Source: an uncultured virus (IMG/VR IMGVR_UViG_3300032069_000862) (lineage: Duplodnaviria > Heunggongvirae > Uroviricota > Caudoviricetes). From it: a stretch of 64,000 nt of DNA. The position numbers and the translations under genes were made by a program. Position 1 is the stretch's first letter. Every line of letters starts with the position of its first letter. The DNA is taken from IMG/VR virus record IMGVR_UViG_3300032069_000862. One strand, given 5' to 3'. The notes beneath the pieces were generated by a model, which was given only the letters and a program-made list of their open reading frames with translations, was not told the DNA's origin and did not search any database. This document shows, in pieces, positions 10,931 through 20,831 of the stretch.

Positions 10931-11434
10931 GAAATCTCGCACACTTTCCACAATTTTGTAATTTTTCATTAAAGTTTTCTCTTAGTTTTAACAATTTTGC
11001 TGTTTGAAGTTGCACGCAGACAAACTTGTCTGCAGTTTGCTAACTGAGAAGATTAATCAGTTGATTAATTTTAATTGTGAGTCTGAAACGACGGATTGCA
11101 ATCCGACGGGTAGGGGTTTTTAAAAGATTAATCAATTGATTAATTTTATTTTGGAGCTGTGAGCTGGAGAACTGCTGGAACACGGGTTGCAACCAGATTG
11201 GTCGAGGAAGAAGTAGAGGGGCTGAAAAGATTAATCAATTGGTTAAGTTTGCTCTTTGATTTAAGGTTCTTTTGGCAAACCGAACTCATTTTAAGGTTTT
11301 ACTAATTAATCAATTGATTAATCTTTTTATTTTGGAGTGGCATGGAGTGGCAGTGGGTCCCCCACTCCTCTGCCTTCTGTCTTGGCAGCAGTAAACTTTA
11401 TTAATCTGTGAGTGCAATATTAATTTAGATAAAC

Positions 11435-11644
11435 ATGAAAGCAATTAAGGATAGTAGATATACTTTTCGTGTAAGCGTTAGTTGTAAATGTGAAGTGTGT
11501 AATTTTGAGGCTCACACTCACAAAGAAATAGATGAGCATTTAAAATTGGGGCATAATTTTAGGGTTGATGATTTAAATAAATGGTTTGAAATACGGGATT
11601 ATGAATTCAACAAGTTACCGAAGGTTAAGGTGTTACTTATATGA
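11435..11644 (+). CDS. C2H2-type Zn-finger protein with KVKV tag
   Basis: CEVC...H....H; ends KVKVLLI*. Confidence 0.7.
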   Translation: MKAIKDSRYTFRVSVSCKCEVCNFEAHTHKEIDEHLKLGHNFRVDDLNKWFEIRDYEFNKLPKVKVLLI

Positions 11645-11892
11645 AAGCGATTGTGATTACTAATAATAATTATCGTGGTCAATTCGTGGTCTGGCTTTTA
11701 AGTATGAATAGACATTACATAAAATATGCGGTGAAAAAGTTAATTGCTGAGGGAAAAGCGGAAGTTTTTGAAATTGGTAAAGATGATAATGAAGATTGGG
11801 AAAAAAACAAAAAGCATTATGCTAAAGCATGGCTTGATTTAGGCGAAATTGTTTTTGGAAAAACGGAAAAGGTGAAGGTGAAATTAATTTGA
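11641..11892 (+). CDS. small protein with KVKV tag
   Basis: ends KVKVKLI*; ATGA coupling. Confidence 0.7.
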   Translation: MKAIVITNNNYRGQFVVWLLSMNRHYIKYAVKKLIAEGKAEVFEIGKDDNEDWEKNKKHYAKAWLDLGEIVFGKTEKVKVKLI

Positions 11893-12128
11893 AATGTGAT
11901 AGATGTGGTCATAAGATAACAAATCATACGATTTATTTTGGCACATGGAAAAACCCAGAAACTATGGAAAAAGCAGAATTGTGTCAAAAATGCTATGAGA
12001 TTTGGAATAAAATTTGGTGGAAAAAATTTCAATCGTGTAGCGTCAATTCCACGCCAGAAATCTCGGAAAAAATCCTTTCACTATTTACGGAATTTATGAG
12101 ATTGAAGGTAAAGGTGATTTTAATATGA
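11889..12128 (+). CDS. Zn-finger protein with KVKV tag (paralog of 13904)
   Basis: KCDRCG...LCQKC; ends KVKVILI*. Confidence 0.7.
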   Translation: MKCDRCGHKITNHTIYFGTWKNPETMEKAELCQKCYEIWNKIWWKKFQSCSVNSTPEISEKILSLFTEFMRLKVKVILI

Positions 12129-12319
12129 GCGGAAAACTTAGAGAAAAAATAATATTTTTGAATGGGATTCCAATTATGGTTTATGAAAAAAACGCTAATC
12201 GACAATTTGAAATTGAAATATGGCTAGAGCCAGAAAGTCTATTGAAAGAATTAAACTTAGTGAAACTTCGTGAGTGTATAAAAGAAACCAAAATTCCAAA
12301 ATTAGATTATGTTGTTTAA
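12125..12319 (+). CDS. hypothetical protein, untagged member of the run
   Basis: coupled start; ends KLDYVV. Confidence 0.6.
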   Translation: MSGKLREKIIFLNGIPIMVYEKNANRQFEIEIWLEPESLLKELNLVKLRECIKETKIPKLDYVV

Positions 12320-12331
12320 AAGTGAACAAAA

Positions 12332-12520
12332 ATGTCAGAAATAAAACGTGGTTGCTACTACTGTGCGAATCGCAATAAATTCAATTGTAAAATCCGCAAA
12401 AAGAATTGGGGTTCTCTTTTTAATGGTTTAATCAAAAACGAAAAGGATATACTAAAGTATAACTTAGGAACAAAATGCCGACAATTTGAACCAAAAAAGG
12501 TTAAGGTGTTGTTAGTTTGA
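12332..12520 (+). CDS. Cys-rich protein with KVKV tag
   Basis: ends KKVKVLLV*. Confidence 0.7.
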   Translation: MSEIKRGCYYCANRNKFNCKIRKKNWGSLFNGLIKNEKDILKYNLGTKCRQFEPKKVKVLLV

Positions 12521-12753
12521 CTAAATTTAAATGTTCGGCTTTAAACGGAAAATTTTGCGGAAATTATAGTAAGCCTAAGTTATGCTGTTATTATTGTTCA
12601 AACCTTCGTGAATGCTTAAAAAAATGGAATCGTTCAAATTGCACGGATATTTATTGTAAAGTAGAAAAACATAATAAATATTGTTCTTTAATTAGGGATT
12701 TTTTTAGAGATAATCCTAATTACAAAATTAAGGTTAAAGTGATACTGATTTGA
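12517..12753 (+). CDS. Cys-rich protein with KVKV tag (paralog of 14349)
   Basis: KFKCSxLNGKFCGN...; ends KIKVKVILI*. Confidence 0.75.
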   Translation: MTKFKCSALNGKFCGNYSKPKLCCYYCSNLRECLKKWNRSNCTDIYCKVEKHNKYCSLIRDFFRDNPNYKIKVKVILI

Positions 12754-12974
12754 CAACATATCAAAAAATCTGTGCGGAATGCGAGAATCCTTTTACATGT
12801 CAAAATGAATGTCATGGAATGTTTGCAAAAATTAAAAAATGTTGTTACTGTGTGGAATGTATTAAAAGAGATAGATTAGACATATATGGCAAACATTTAA
12901 CACACGAAAAATCGGATTTGCGATTATGTTCTCAATTTAAAAAGACGCAAACGGTTAAGGTGATGCTTGTTTGA
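12750..12974 (+). CDS. Cys-rich protein with KVKV tag (paralog of 14122)
   Basis: CxxC..FTC..EC; ends TVKVMLV*. Confidence 0.7.
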   Translation: MTTYQKICAECENPFTCQNECHGMFAKIKKCCYCVECIKRDRLDIYGKHLTHEKSDLRLCSQFKKTQTVKVMLV

Positions 12975-13177
12975 ATTGTGCAAGATGTCACAATAAAGGA
13001 ATTGAGGTCTCAGCTACTTTTAAGATTCGTGAATATTTTAAAGGCAAATTTACTACTGAAAAGTATTTATGCGAAAAGTGTTTAAACGAGTTTAAGAAAA
13101 CGTGCATACCAGAAAACAAAAAATTTGGTTATCGTTATAAGATTTCTGAATTGTCAGTTAAAGTTATTTTGGTGTAA
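12971..13177 (+). CDS. Zn-finger protein with KVKV tag
   Basis: CARC...LCEKC; ends SVKVILV*. Confidence 0.7.
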   Translation: MNCARCHNKGIEVSATFKIREYFKGKFTTEKYLCEKCLNEFKKTCIPENKKFGYRYKISELSVKVILV

Positions 13178-13303
13178 GAAAGTTTTCTGAGGATGGAGAG
13201 GGCGGGCTGGGACGGGGCAAAAAAATTGAAAAGATTAATCAATTGATTAATCACTTTCAAAACATTTATAAGTTAGAATAAACACTAATTAAAGTGATAG
13301 ATA

Positions 13304-13501
13304 ATGAAACCATATCGGAAATTCCTTACATTCATTGCATGGCTCATATCGTTCATTTCTCTACTTTTAGGGATTTTTACATCATATATCATTTTTCACA
13401 TAATTTTTCTCATATCGTGGATAATCTACGGATGCCTAAAAGAAATTCCACAAAACGCTTATAAATGGCTAAAGAACAGAGGTAAACAAAATGTCAAATA
13501 A
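13304..13501 (+). CDS. small membrane protein
   Basis: long hydrophobic stretch. Confidence 0.55.
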   Translation: MKPYRKFLTFIAWLISFISLLLGIFTSYIIFHIIFLISWIIYGCLKEIPQNAYKWLKNRGKQNVK

Positions 13502-13907
13502 AATTCTAACTTTTGAATTAGAAGATATATTCGATTCAATAAATTATAAGAATGGCGTTTTTAAGGATGCTGATATAATAATGAGCCAGAATATTGAATG
13601 TATTTTGAGAAGAGAGGGTTTTTGGAACAAGAAATTGAAAATAGTCTTTCCATGCGGTGCAAATCAGCTAATCGATGTGGAAAATGGCTGTTATCAATAC
13701 GATTTTGAAATTTTTGACGGATTTGATAAAATAGTTGCGAATGGAGTTGCTTATGGCAGTTGTGCCATAATTTTGAAAGATAGAGGCACGATTAAATCTA
13801 CGGAGTTTGAAGATATAGATTATGCTGAAATTACGGACATGCAAATTGAAATGTATAATCATAGTTTAGAACGAATCGGAGAAAAAGTTAAGGTGATTCT
13901 AGTTTGA
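13491..13907 (+). CDS. hypothetical protein with KVKV tag
   Basis: ends EKVKVILV*. Confidence 0.7.
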   Translation: MSNKILTFELEDIFDSINYKNGVFKDADIIMSQNIECILRREGFWNKKLKIVFPCGANQLIDVENGCYQYDFEIFDGFDKIVANGVAYGSCAIILKDRGTIKSTEFEDIDYAEITDMQIEMYNHSLERIGEKVKVILV

Positions 13908-14125
13908 CAATTAAATGTGACAGATGTGGAAAAGACGAATTTTTCACTCCGAATAATTGGGGTAAGAAAAAACCGACTTATTTATGTAAAGAATGTGCAA
14001 CTGAATGGACACGAATTTATCTTAACTGTATATTAAACAATTTTTCCATCAAACAAATAACTCACATTTTTGACTCAAAATTTATGAACGTGAAAGACAA
14101 AAAAGTTAAGGTGACGCTTATTTGA
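13904..14125 (+). CDS. Zn-finger protein with KVKV tag
   Basis: KCDRCG...LCKEC; ends KKVKVTLI*. Confidence 0.7.
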   Translation: MTIKCDRCGKDEFFTPNNWGKKKPTYLCKECATEWTRIYLNCILNNFSIKQITHIFDSKFMNVKDKKVKVTLI

Positions 14126-14352
14126 TTCTTAAAAGACGTTGTGAACGCTGCGGTAAAAATTTCACTTGTCGATTTGAATGTGGAATTGAGGGAAAATTTA
14201 TGAATGATGGAGCTTGTTTTTGTGATAAATGCTATAAAATACTTTTTAATTTCGAATCAGCTAAAAAACTCAAATTAAGTGAAGTTTGCGAATCACGATT
14301 TGGTAAAGAGGCAATATCAAAAAAAGAAAAAATTAAGGTGTTGTTGATATGA
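14122..14352 (+). CDS. Cys-rich protein with KVKV tag
   Basis: ends KIKVLLI*. Confidence 0.7.
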   Translation: MILKRRCERCGKNFTCRFECGIEGKFMNDGACFCDKCYKILFNFESAKKLKLSEVCESRFGKEAISKKEKIKVLLI

Positions 14353-14597
14353 ACAAATTTAAATGTTCGTTTTTAAACGGAAAATTTTGCGGAAATTTTA
14401 GTGAACCTAACTTGTGCTGCTATCGCTGTAAATTCCTTCGTGAATGTTTAGAAAAATGGAATCGGTCAAATTGCACAGACATTTATTGTAAAATAGAAAA
14501 ACGTAATAAATGGTGTTCTGCCATTATAAGATTTTTTAAAGATAATCCTAATCTTAATCCCAATCGCAAAATTAAGGTTAAGGTGATACTGATATGA
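14349..14597 (+). CDS. Cys-rich protein with KVKV tag
   Basis: close paralog of 12517; ends KIKVKVILI*. Confidence 0.75.
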   Translation: MNKFKCSFLNGKFCGNFSEPNLCCYRCKFLRECLEKWNRSNCTDIYCKIEKRNKWCSAIIRFFKDNPNLNPNRKIKVKVILI

Positions 14598-14782
14598 CTG
14601 AGAATTGTAAAGATTGTGAGGATTTAATCGAGAAATATGGTGAGGAAAACCTAAATTTCTGCGAATTTTGTGAACATTATTATCATGGAAAATATTGTGA
14701 TTGTGGAGAAGGTCAAGAATTAAAAGAGCTAGAAAAACAACAAAAACGACACAAGTCTAAAGTTAAGGTCAAATTAATATGA
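14594..14782 (+). CDS. Cys-rich protein with KVKV tag
   Basis: ends KVKVKLI*. Confidence 0.7.
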   Translation: MTENCKDCEDLIEKYGEENLNFCEFCEHYYHGKYCDCGEGQELKELEKQQKRHKSKVKVKLI

Positions 14783-14964
14783 AGGTTAAAATTATTAAAG
14801 CGAGTAAACCGACATATTGGTATGCGAATAAAATAGGTTGCGTGTTTGAGGTTAAGGAAGTTATTTGGCGTGGAAAAAAGGAATACCGATTAATAAAGGA
14901 TAATAGCTATATTATACACATTGAGGATACGAAAACGGAAAAAGTAAAGGTGATTTTAGTTTGA
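14779..14964 (+). CDS. small beta-rich (SH3-like?) protein with KVKV tag
   Basis: KVKIIK...WY...IG.VFEV; ends EKVKVILV*. Confidence 0.7.
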   Translation: MKVKIIKASKPTYWYANKIGCVFEVKEVIWRGKKEYRLIKDNSYIIHIEDTKTEKVKVILV

Positions 14965-15010
14965 TAAATAAGGAAAAGAACCTTAAAACCATATCAGAAG
15001 TGAGGGATTT

Positions 15011-15220
15011 ATGAGTTTTCAAGATTACGATGATTTATGCGTGGAATGTGAATTCCATGATAAATGTCACAAAAACGGAATTGACTATGCGAAGGTTGAA
15101 CATTGTCAAATAGATGCTTTTGGTCACAATGGAAATTGGTTAAAGATTCCAAAACCGAAACCAATTAAGTTAAAGATTCCAAAAGAAAAACCAAAACCAA
15201 TAAAAGTGATATTGATTTGA
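15011..15220 (+). CDS. Cys-rich protein with KVKV tag
   Basis: CVEC; LKIPK duplicated; ends PIKVILI*. Confidence 0.7.
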   Translation: MSFQDYDDLCVECEFHDKCHKNGIDYAKVEHCQIDAFGHNGNWLKIPKPKPIKLKIPKEKPKPIKVILI

Positions 15221-15351
15221 AAGTTCTGGTCACAAGTGGTTGCGGATTGCCCCTTTTTTCAGAGAAACTTAATCAATTGATTAATCTTCTCACAGTAGTT
15301 AAAAAGTAAAACAAGCCTCTGAAAGAGAAAGTTAAAGTTATTTTGGTTTAA
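15217..15351 (+). pseudogene. degenerate tagged ORF
   Basis: TTG overlapping upstream stop, in-frame TAA at 15307-15309, same frame then reads KEKVKVILV*. Confidence 0.5.
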
Positions 15352-16759
15352 AAACCCCCCTAGCCCGCTGCATTTTTCTAATTTTTCCGAGCCTAAAATT
15401 TATAAGTTTTTCAAAACCTCTCAATTAATTTTAATTTAATCAATTGATTAATCTTTTTTGGTTTCGCCACAAGGTTGCTGGCATTAATTTATTTATAAAT
15501 CTCTTTAAACAGTTTCTAAATTTTCTCTAAAAAAATGACAGAAAATTAAAAATTAAAAATTTGGCTCTATGTAGCGGCTATGCGACCTTCAGTTTAACTT
15601 TCTATGCAACCAATTTAACTTTCCATGCAACCAGAAAAATGGGGAAATAACCACAAATAAAGGAGTGTTCAGGATTTGAGGCGATTTTAGAGGTGGATTT
15701 TCTATTTGTGGTTATTTTCACGGTTTTTTTCACGACTTGTCTTTTTGTTCTACACTTGTATATATAGGCAAACAGATATTTAAACAAATCCTTTAATCAA
15801 TTGATTAATCAATGGAAATTTAAACATTGAATCAAATCTATAAACAAGTATAAACAAGTCAAAAACCACAAAATTAATCAATTGATTAATCAGTAAACAG
15901 ATTTTCAAAAACTGATTAATCGATAATGTCAAATCGCTAAAAAACCCACGTTAAATTTCACAATATCCATAAAAATTTAAAGCCTAAACGAAGTCGCTTT
16001 TAACCCGAATCGTTCAAATTCTGCTTATCGGATTTAAACCGTCAATAAAATCAATTCCGAAATTTATCATGGGCAAACAAGAACTGATTTTTAAAAACGA
16101 CCTCAAACGACGGTTTTTTAGCGATATTAGGCATAATTCTAGTTTTTCGGTTTGTTTTTTGGTTTAATCGACTGATTAAGTTTTTTGACTGTTTCGTGTA
16201 GTTTTGTTGAACAGATAAGCAATTTGGTTTAATCAATTGATTAATTAATTTCTGATATGGGCAGCATGGAGAAATATCTTTTTTTTGAACATATCCAAAA
16301 TTAGACATATTAACTCTAAAATTTTAGAGTAGCTCTAATTTTTTAGATGTGTTTATTTTGAGACATATTTAATCAGTTGATTAATCTTTTTAATTTGGGC
16401 TTGTTTTGATTTTAGAATTATTAAATTGCGGTTCTTTTTAGATTTAAAGGCAAATTTGAGGATTTTCAAAAATCCTTTACAATTGTAAACCGTGACTTGT
16501 ATGCCAAATATACACGATTTATAAACAAAAACCAAAACCTTTAAATAAACTGTATATTTCCATAAAATCGCATGGAATTAATTTTCCATGCTTTTAGGAT
16601 TTTAAGAGGTTTACAAACGTAAACGAATTGCTTATATAATCATGCGGCTTCCATGCTTTTTGATTTATTTTTCCATAAAGTCAAAATCTCACTCCGTGAA
16701 AAACTCACTCCATAACGGAGTATATAAAGAGGTATATAAAGACTTCGAAGTTTATATAT

Positions 16760-17098
16760 CTAAAGAAAACTCGCTAAATATCGAACCTTTTCGTGAACAA
16801 GGTCTTTTCTAGCCATATTTTTGTAGTGGTGAACTTTTCCATGACAATAAGAGCATAAGAGAACAAAATTGTCAATATTTGATTCAATGTAATCCAATCC
16901 TTCGGGTTTATTTGAATTAGGGTGCTGTTTGCCGTGTATTTCGTGAAAGCTCAATGATAATCGCCTTATTTTGAATTTAGTTAATCCTTCAAGCCTTCCA
17001 CAAACAAAACACTTATTTCCAAGCCTATTTTTCAATTCTATTCGCTTTTCAGCCATCATTTTCTCATATTTTTCAAGGAATTTATCCATATTAAACAC
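16760..17098 (-). CDS. HNH endonuclease-like protein
   Basis: LGNKCFVCG...FHEIH...LLCSYCHGKVH. Confidence 0.75.
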   Translation of the reverse strand: MFNMDKFLEKYEKMMAEKRIELKNRLGNKCFVCGRLEGLTKFKIRRLSLSFHEIHGKQHPNSNKPEGLDYIESNIDNFVLLCSYCHGKVHHYKNMARKDLVHEKVRYLASFL

Positions 17099-17464
17099 AC
17101 TCTTATAGATATTCGAATTAATATATAAGTTTTATGGTTAAAGCTCAATTTAGCCTCAGAAAAACTGTATATCGTGAAAAAAACTTAAATATACGTCGAA
17201 TAAGGCTAAATTGAGGTTCTTTTTTCAAATTTGTTGATATACAAATCAGAGACTATTTAAATGTGTATTTGTGAACTACATAAAAACGAATAAGATTTTA
17301 TTTATATAGTATGGAAAACTCCATAAAATTCAACATACAAGATTCCATAAACTTAGGTTTTTCGGAAAACTTAGACGATTTTTCGCAATTTTTGGTTTTT
17401 CCATAAAGGCATACATGGATTTACTTATGATTTTTTAAAACCGTATTATTGAAGGTCAATAAAA

Positions 17465-17962
17465 ATGCAAACTAAAAAAGTGATTTGTGATATTTCAGAA
17501 AATCAAAACTTAGTGAAAAATCTTTTAGGCAATTTTAACAGATTTGAGACCTTTAAAGTGGTATTTTGTAAAATGGATTATTCAGAATTCGGTAAAACAC
17601 AACCACAATTTAATAGGATTTTGATTAATGACTTAAAACCAAAATATCAACAAATTTACACATTAATTCACGAACGAATACACGAAATAATCGATAAAGT
17701 TTTAGGATTTAACATAATTTCCGCAAAAATAGACGGTTTACATGATTTAATTGATTATCTTGTTTCAGATTTTAGGTTTACTTATCAGTCTTATATCTTT
17801 AATCACGGTTTTAAGGATTTTATTCATACATGCATAAGTCGATATGTCATTAAGAGAAAATTAACCAAATTTAAGGCTAAGTTTTACCTTATTGCATTAT
17901 TGAAACAAAAAGGTTATACAGAAATTGAAATTGCGGAAACATTAAAAAAGGTCGTGAATTAA
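17465..17962 (+). CDS. HExxH protein
   Basis: LIHERIH. Confidence 0.55.
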   Translation: MQTKKVICDISENQNLVKNLLGNFNRFETFKVVFCKMDYSEFGKTQPQFNRILINDLKPKYQQIYTLIHERIHEIIDKVLGFNIISAKIDGLHDLIDYLVSDFRFTYQSYIFNHGFKDFIHTCISRYVIKRKLTKFKAKFYLIALLKQKGYTEIEIAETLKKVVN

Positions 17963-18128
17963 ATGCAAAAAAAACTTAGCGATTTTAAGGAATTTAAGGC
18001 AATTTGTGATTATTTTGATAAACAAGTTAAGAAATTAAGAGATTTAGAAAATAAGACTAAAAACGGGTCGAAAACACAAATCCAAACAGATTTGTGTCGA
18101 TACCGTGAAAAGCGGTTAAAATAAAGGG

Positions 18129-18422
18129 GTGTTTGGAAAAATGAACGAAAATCGGATAAATTGGTTTGAATTGCAACAAATTTGCGACAGAACGGGTTTA
18201 TCGGTTAATTTAGAGGCTTTAATCGGTAAACAAGACAAATGCAAGCACGAAATCGCAATTCCAACCAGATTTGAGGCTGTTTCGCCAAACTACCAAATTG
18301 CTGAAGTTGTTTGTGTAAAATGTGGCAAAATCGTGGGTCTTTTGGCGAGAAAAGCCTTACCCCAGCTCAGTTTTTTGAATCTGAGCCAAAACAAGTCGGA
18401 AAACGAAAAAGAGGTGGAATAA
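18129..18422 (+). CDS. Zn-binding hypothetical protein
   Basis: CKH...CVKCG. Confidence 0.55.
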   Translation: MFGKMNENRINWFELQQICDRTGLSVNLEALIGKQDKCKHEIAIPTRFEAVSPNYQIAEVVCVKCGKIVGLLARKALPQLSFLNLSQNKSENEKEVE

Positions 18423-18597
18423 ATTGAGAAAAACCAAAAAGAATCTTAAATCAAGCGATTTCAAAACCGTGTGTGACGCATTATTAAACCATCAAGACAA
18501 AAAAACCAAAAAAGAACATGGAATTAAGTCGCAATTCACAAAAGAAACCCTTAGAATCCCTGAAAATCCAAAAGAGACTTAAAATGAGGTGGAATGA

Positions 18598-18909
18598 ATG
18601 AAAATTGAGATATTTGTGGTTAAAACGCTAAATCCGAATCAAAAAAGACTTGATTCAATAAAAGAATCTTTAATTAGGCTGTTCAATGGTTTAACTGTTA
18701 TACCTAATTGTGATGGCTATTGGCAAGACAATAAATATAAAGATGGCGGCACAATTTGGCACGATAAAGTAGAAATATGGCAAATCTACACCGATTTTAA
18801 AGAAAAGACGGTAAAAAAGGCTTTAAAACCATATTTAACTATAATTCAGGGTATAACACAGCAAACAAGTCAAGCCTATGCCTTAAACAACGAAATATAC
18901 TTTATTTGA
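18598..18909 (+). CDS. hypothetical protein (small alpha/beta fold)
   Basis: FNGLTV...GYW; GAGGTG RBS. Confidence 0.55.
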   Translation: MKIEIFVVKTLNPNQKRLDSIKESLIRLFNGLTVIPNCDGYWQDNKYKDGGTIWHDKVEIWQIYTDFKEKTVKKALKPYLTIIQGITQQTSQAYALNNEIYFI

Positions 18910-18928
18910 GGAGATTTAGTAAAAAGAG

Positions 18929-19822
18929 GTGAAAATCATGTCAGAAAATAAAATCGTCTCAAAAATCGGTGGAAAATCGATAAAAGGCGTGAATTACATC
19001 GATTCGCACGAATATATACCTAAAGCTAAGGCTATTTTGGAAACGGTTGGCAATTTAAGGCTTGTTGGTGAAACAGGGACAGGAAAAACCACGATGGTGC
19101 ATAAACTTAGCGAAATTTACGATATGCCTTTATTCGAAATTGTCTTAACTAGAGATATAACTAAATGGGACTTATTGGCAAGTGATGTGCTGCGTGAAGG
19201 TTCTACTCAAACAAGAGAAGGCATAATTTTAAAATGGCTGCGTGCAGATAAAGGCATTTTATACTTAGATGGCTTTAATTATGCCGAACCGTCAATTTTG
19301 AGCTTAATTGAAAGCCTAACAGACTTTAGAGGTTCAGTTTGGATTCCAGAGCTTGAAAGCGTCTTTAAACGAACCGAAAAACACTATTTAATCATAAGTT
19401 ACAATCCTTCGGAGAAAAGCGGCTATTCTGGGACCTTTTTGGAGAATATCGCCACAATTCGAAGATTTGAAGGCTTGATAGTCGATTATATCGACAGAAA
19501 AGACGAAATAGACCTGATTCGTGACGCAAATGGCGGAGACTACGATTTTGCGGTCAAATTTGTCGAAATAGCCAGAAAAACAAGAGATTTATACAAAAGG
19601 GGCAAATTGCGAACTCCGATTACTACGGGAAATCTATTGAATTATGCAAGTCTATTTGGCAAAAAGAACTTATCTGAAGCTGATTTAGTCGAAATAGCCG
19701 CATCGCTTTACCCAGAAGATGAAAGAGAACTATTTACGAGGCTATTCGAAGAAAAAGGCGAAATTGATGTCGAAAAAGCCAAAAAAGACGCAGAACAAGA
19801 CGCAGATGACGAAACAAGCTAA
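18929..19822 (+). CDS. MoxR/CbbQ/NorQ-like AAA+ ATPase
   Basis: Walker A GETGTGKT, atypical Walker B LYLDGFN, SYNP, RRF arginine finger; vWA partner downstream. Confidence 0.85.
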   Translation: MKIMSENKIVSKIGGKSIKGVNYIDSHEYIPKAKAILETVGNLRLVGETGTGKTTMVHKLSEIYDMPLFEIVLTRDITKWDLLASDVLREGSTQTREGIILKWLRADKGILYLDGFNYAEPSILSLIESLTDFRGSVWIPELESVFKRTEKHYLIISYNPSEKSGYSGTFLENIATIRRFEGLIVDYIDRKDEIDLIRDANGGDYDFAVKFVEIARKTRDLYKRGKLRTPITTGNLLNYASLFGKKNLSEADLVEIAASLYPEDERELFTRLFEEKGEIDVEKAKKDAEQDADDETS

Positions 19823-20132
19823 AAATGAGGAGATTAAAATGGCAAAATATGAAATTATCGTAAACAATTTAGAAAAACCATACGATAAAACAAAAATCAT
19901 AACTCCGAATTTGGCAAATAAAAACATGGCTTTAACATGGATTAAATACAATAGACCCTTTAAATTCTATGGCATTATTTCCATAAGAAAACTTAGCGAA
20001 AAATCGATTAAAGAGGTTTGAAACATGGCATACACAATAATAGCTCTAGAAATTGCCTTAATTTCCTTATGGTTTTTTGTAAACCAAATTTGCGAAAATA
20101 AAGACAAAAAAGAGGTTAAAAACTAAAAAGAG

Positions 20133-20783
20133 GTGGAAAATATGGATAAAAACGAAATCGTGTTAGATGCTAAGGCTTTAGAGACAATGGGGCTGCATTC
20201 TGAAGAGATTTACACGATTGAATACGATTTAGCATCGGAATTGAAAATTAGACGCAATTCCACGCCCGAAGAGAAAAAACAAGCTCAAAAAATGAACGAA
20301 TTGGCTAGAGAATTCCGAAATAAGCTGCAATTTATCTTAAAATTCAAATTGCATGCAACAAAACACTTAGAATCATCATGGATAATCTCTAAGGAAAATT
20401 TAGAAGCCGCTGTTAATACCTTATCAGAGCTAAAAGAATCTATGAGAAATAAAGGCTTTAAAGATGTCGATAAAAGACTTAGAATAATCCCTATTTTGAC
20501 AACAGTCGAAGGATTCGAAAGCTACGAGGAAAAGAAGGCTGAATTTCTGCTAAATTTCGCTATGGAACATACAAAATACTGTGATTTGGCAATTAAGACT
20601 AAAAAAATGCCTAGAGGGACAATGTGGCGATGCAAAGAGGCTTATTCGATAATTAATGCCTTAAAAGAGGAGCTAAAGGGAAATAAGCGTTATAATGAGC
20701 TTGTTGATACCGTTGGAGTCTTAGGCGAACGTATTTCGCTTGCAGAAGCCTCAATAAAGCCAGAAACCGAAAAAGAAGCCTAA
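20133..20783 (+). CDS. helical hypothetical protein in MoxR-vWA operon
   Basis: 216 aa ORF with GAGGTG RBS. Confidence 0.65.
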   Translation: MENMDKNEIVLDAKALETMGLHSEEIYTIEYDLASELKIRRNSTPEEKKQAQKMNELAREFRNKLQFILKFKLHATKHLESSWIISKENLEAAVNTLSELKESMRNKGFKDVDKRLRIIPILTTVEGFESYEEKKAEFLLNFAMEHTKYCDLAIKTKKMPRGTMWRCKEAYSIINALKEELKGNKRYNELVDTVGVLGERISLAEASIKPETEKEA

Positions 20784-20831
20784 ATCTTCCCTATTTTCTT
20801 ATGTAAAAAAAACAAAAAAGAGGTTTGAAAT

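Noticed and set aside
11435..15220. KVKV tag as a pure by-product of the GGTGA RBS
   Set aside because: The peptide is kept in terminal genes that lack GGTG, uses varied synonymous codons, and is absent from other coupled genes in the window
15602..16535. Three short - strand ORFs
   Set aside because: They run through palindromes or repeats in an apparently regulatory region and show no motifs
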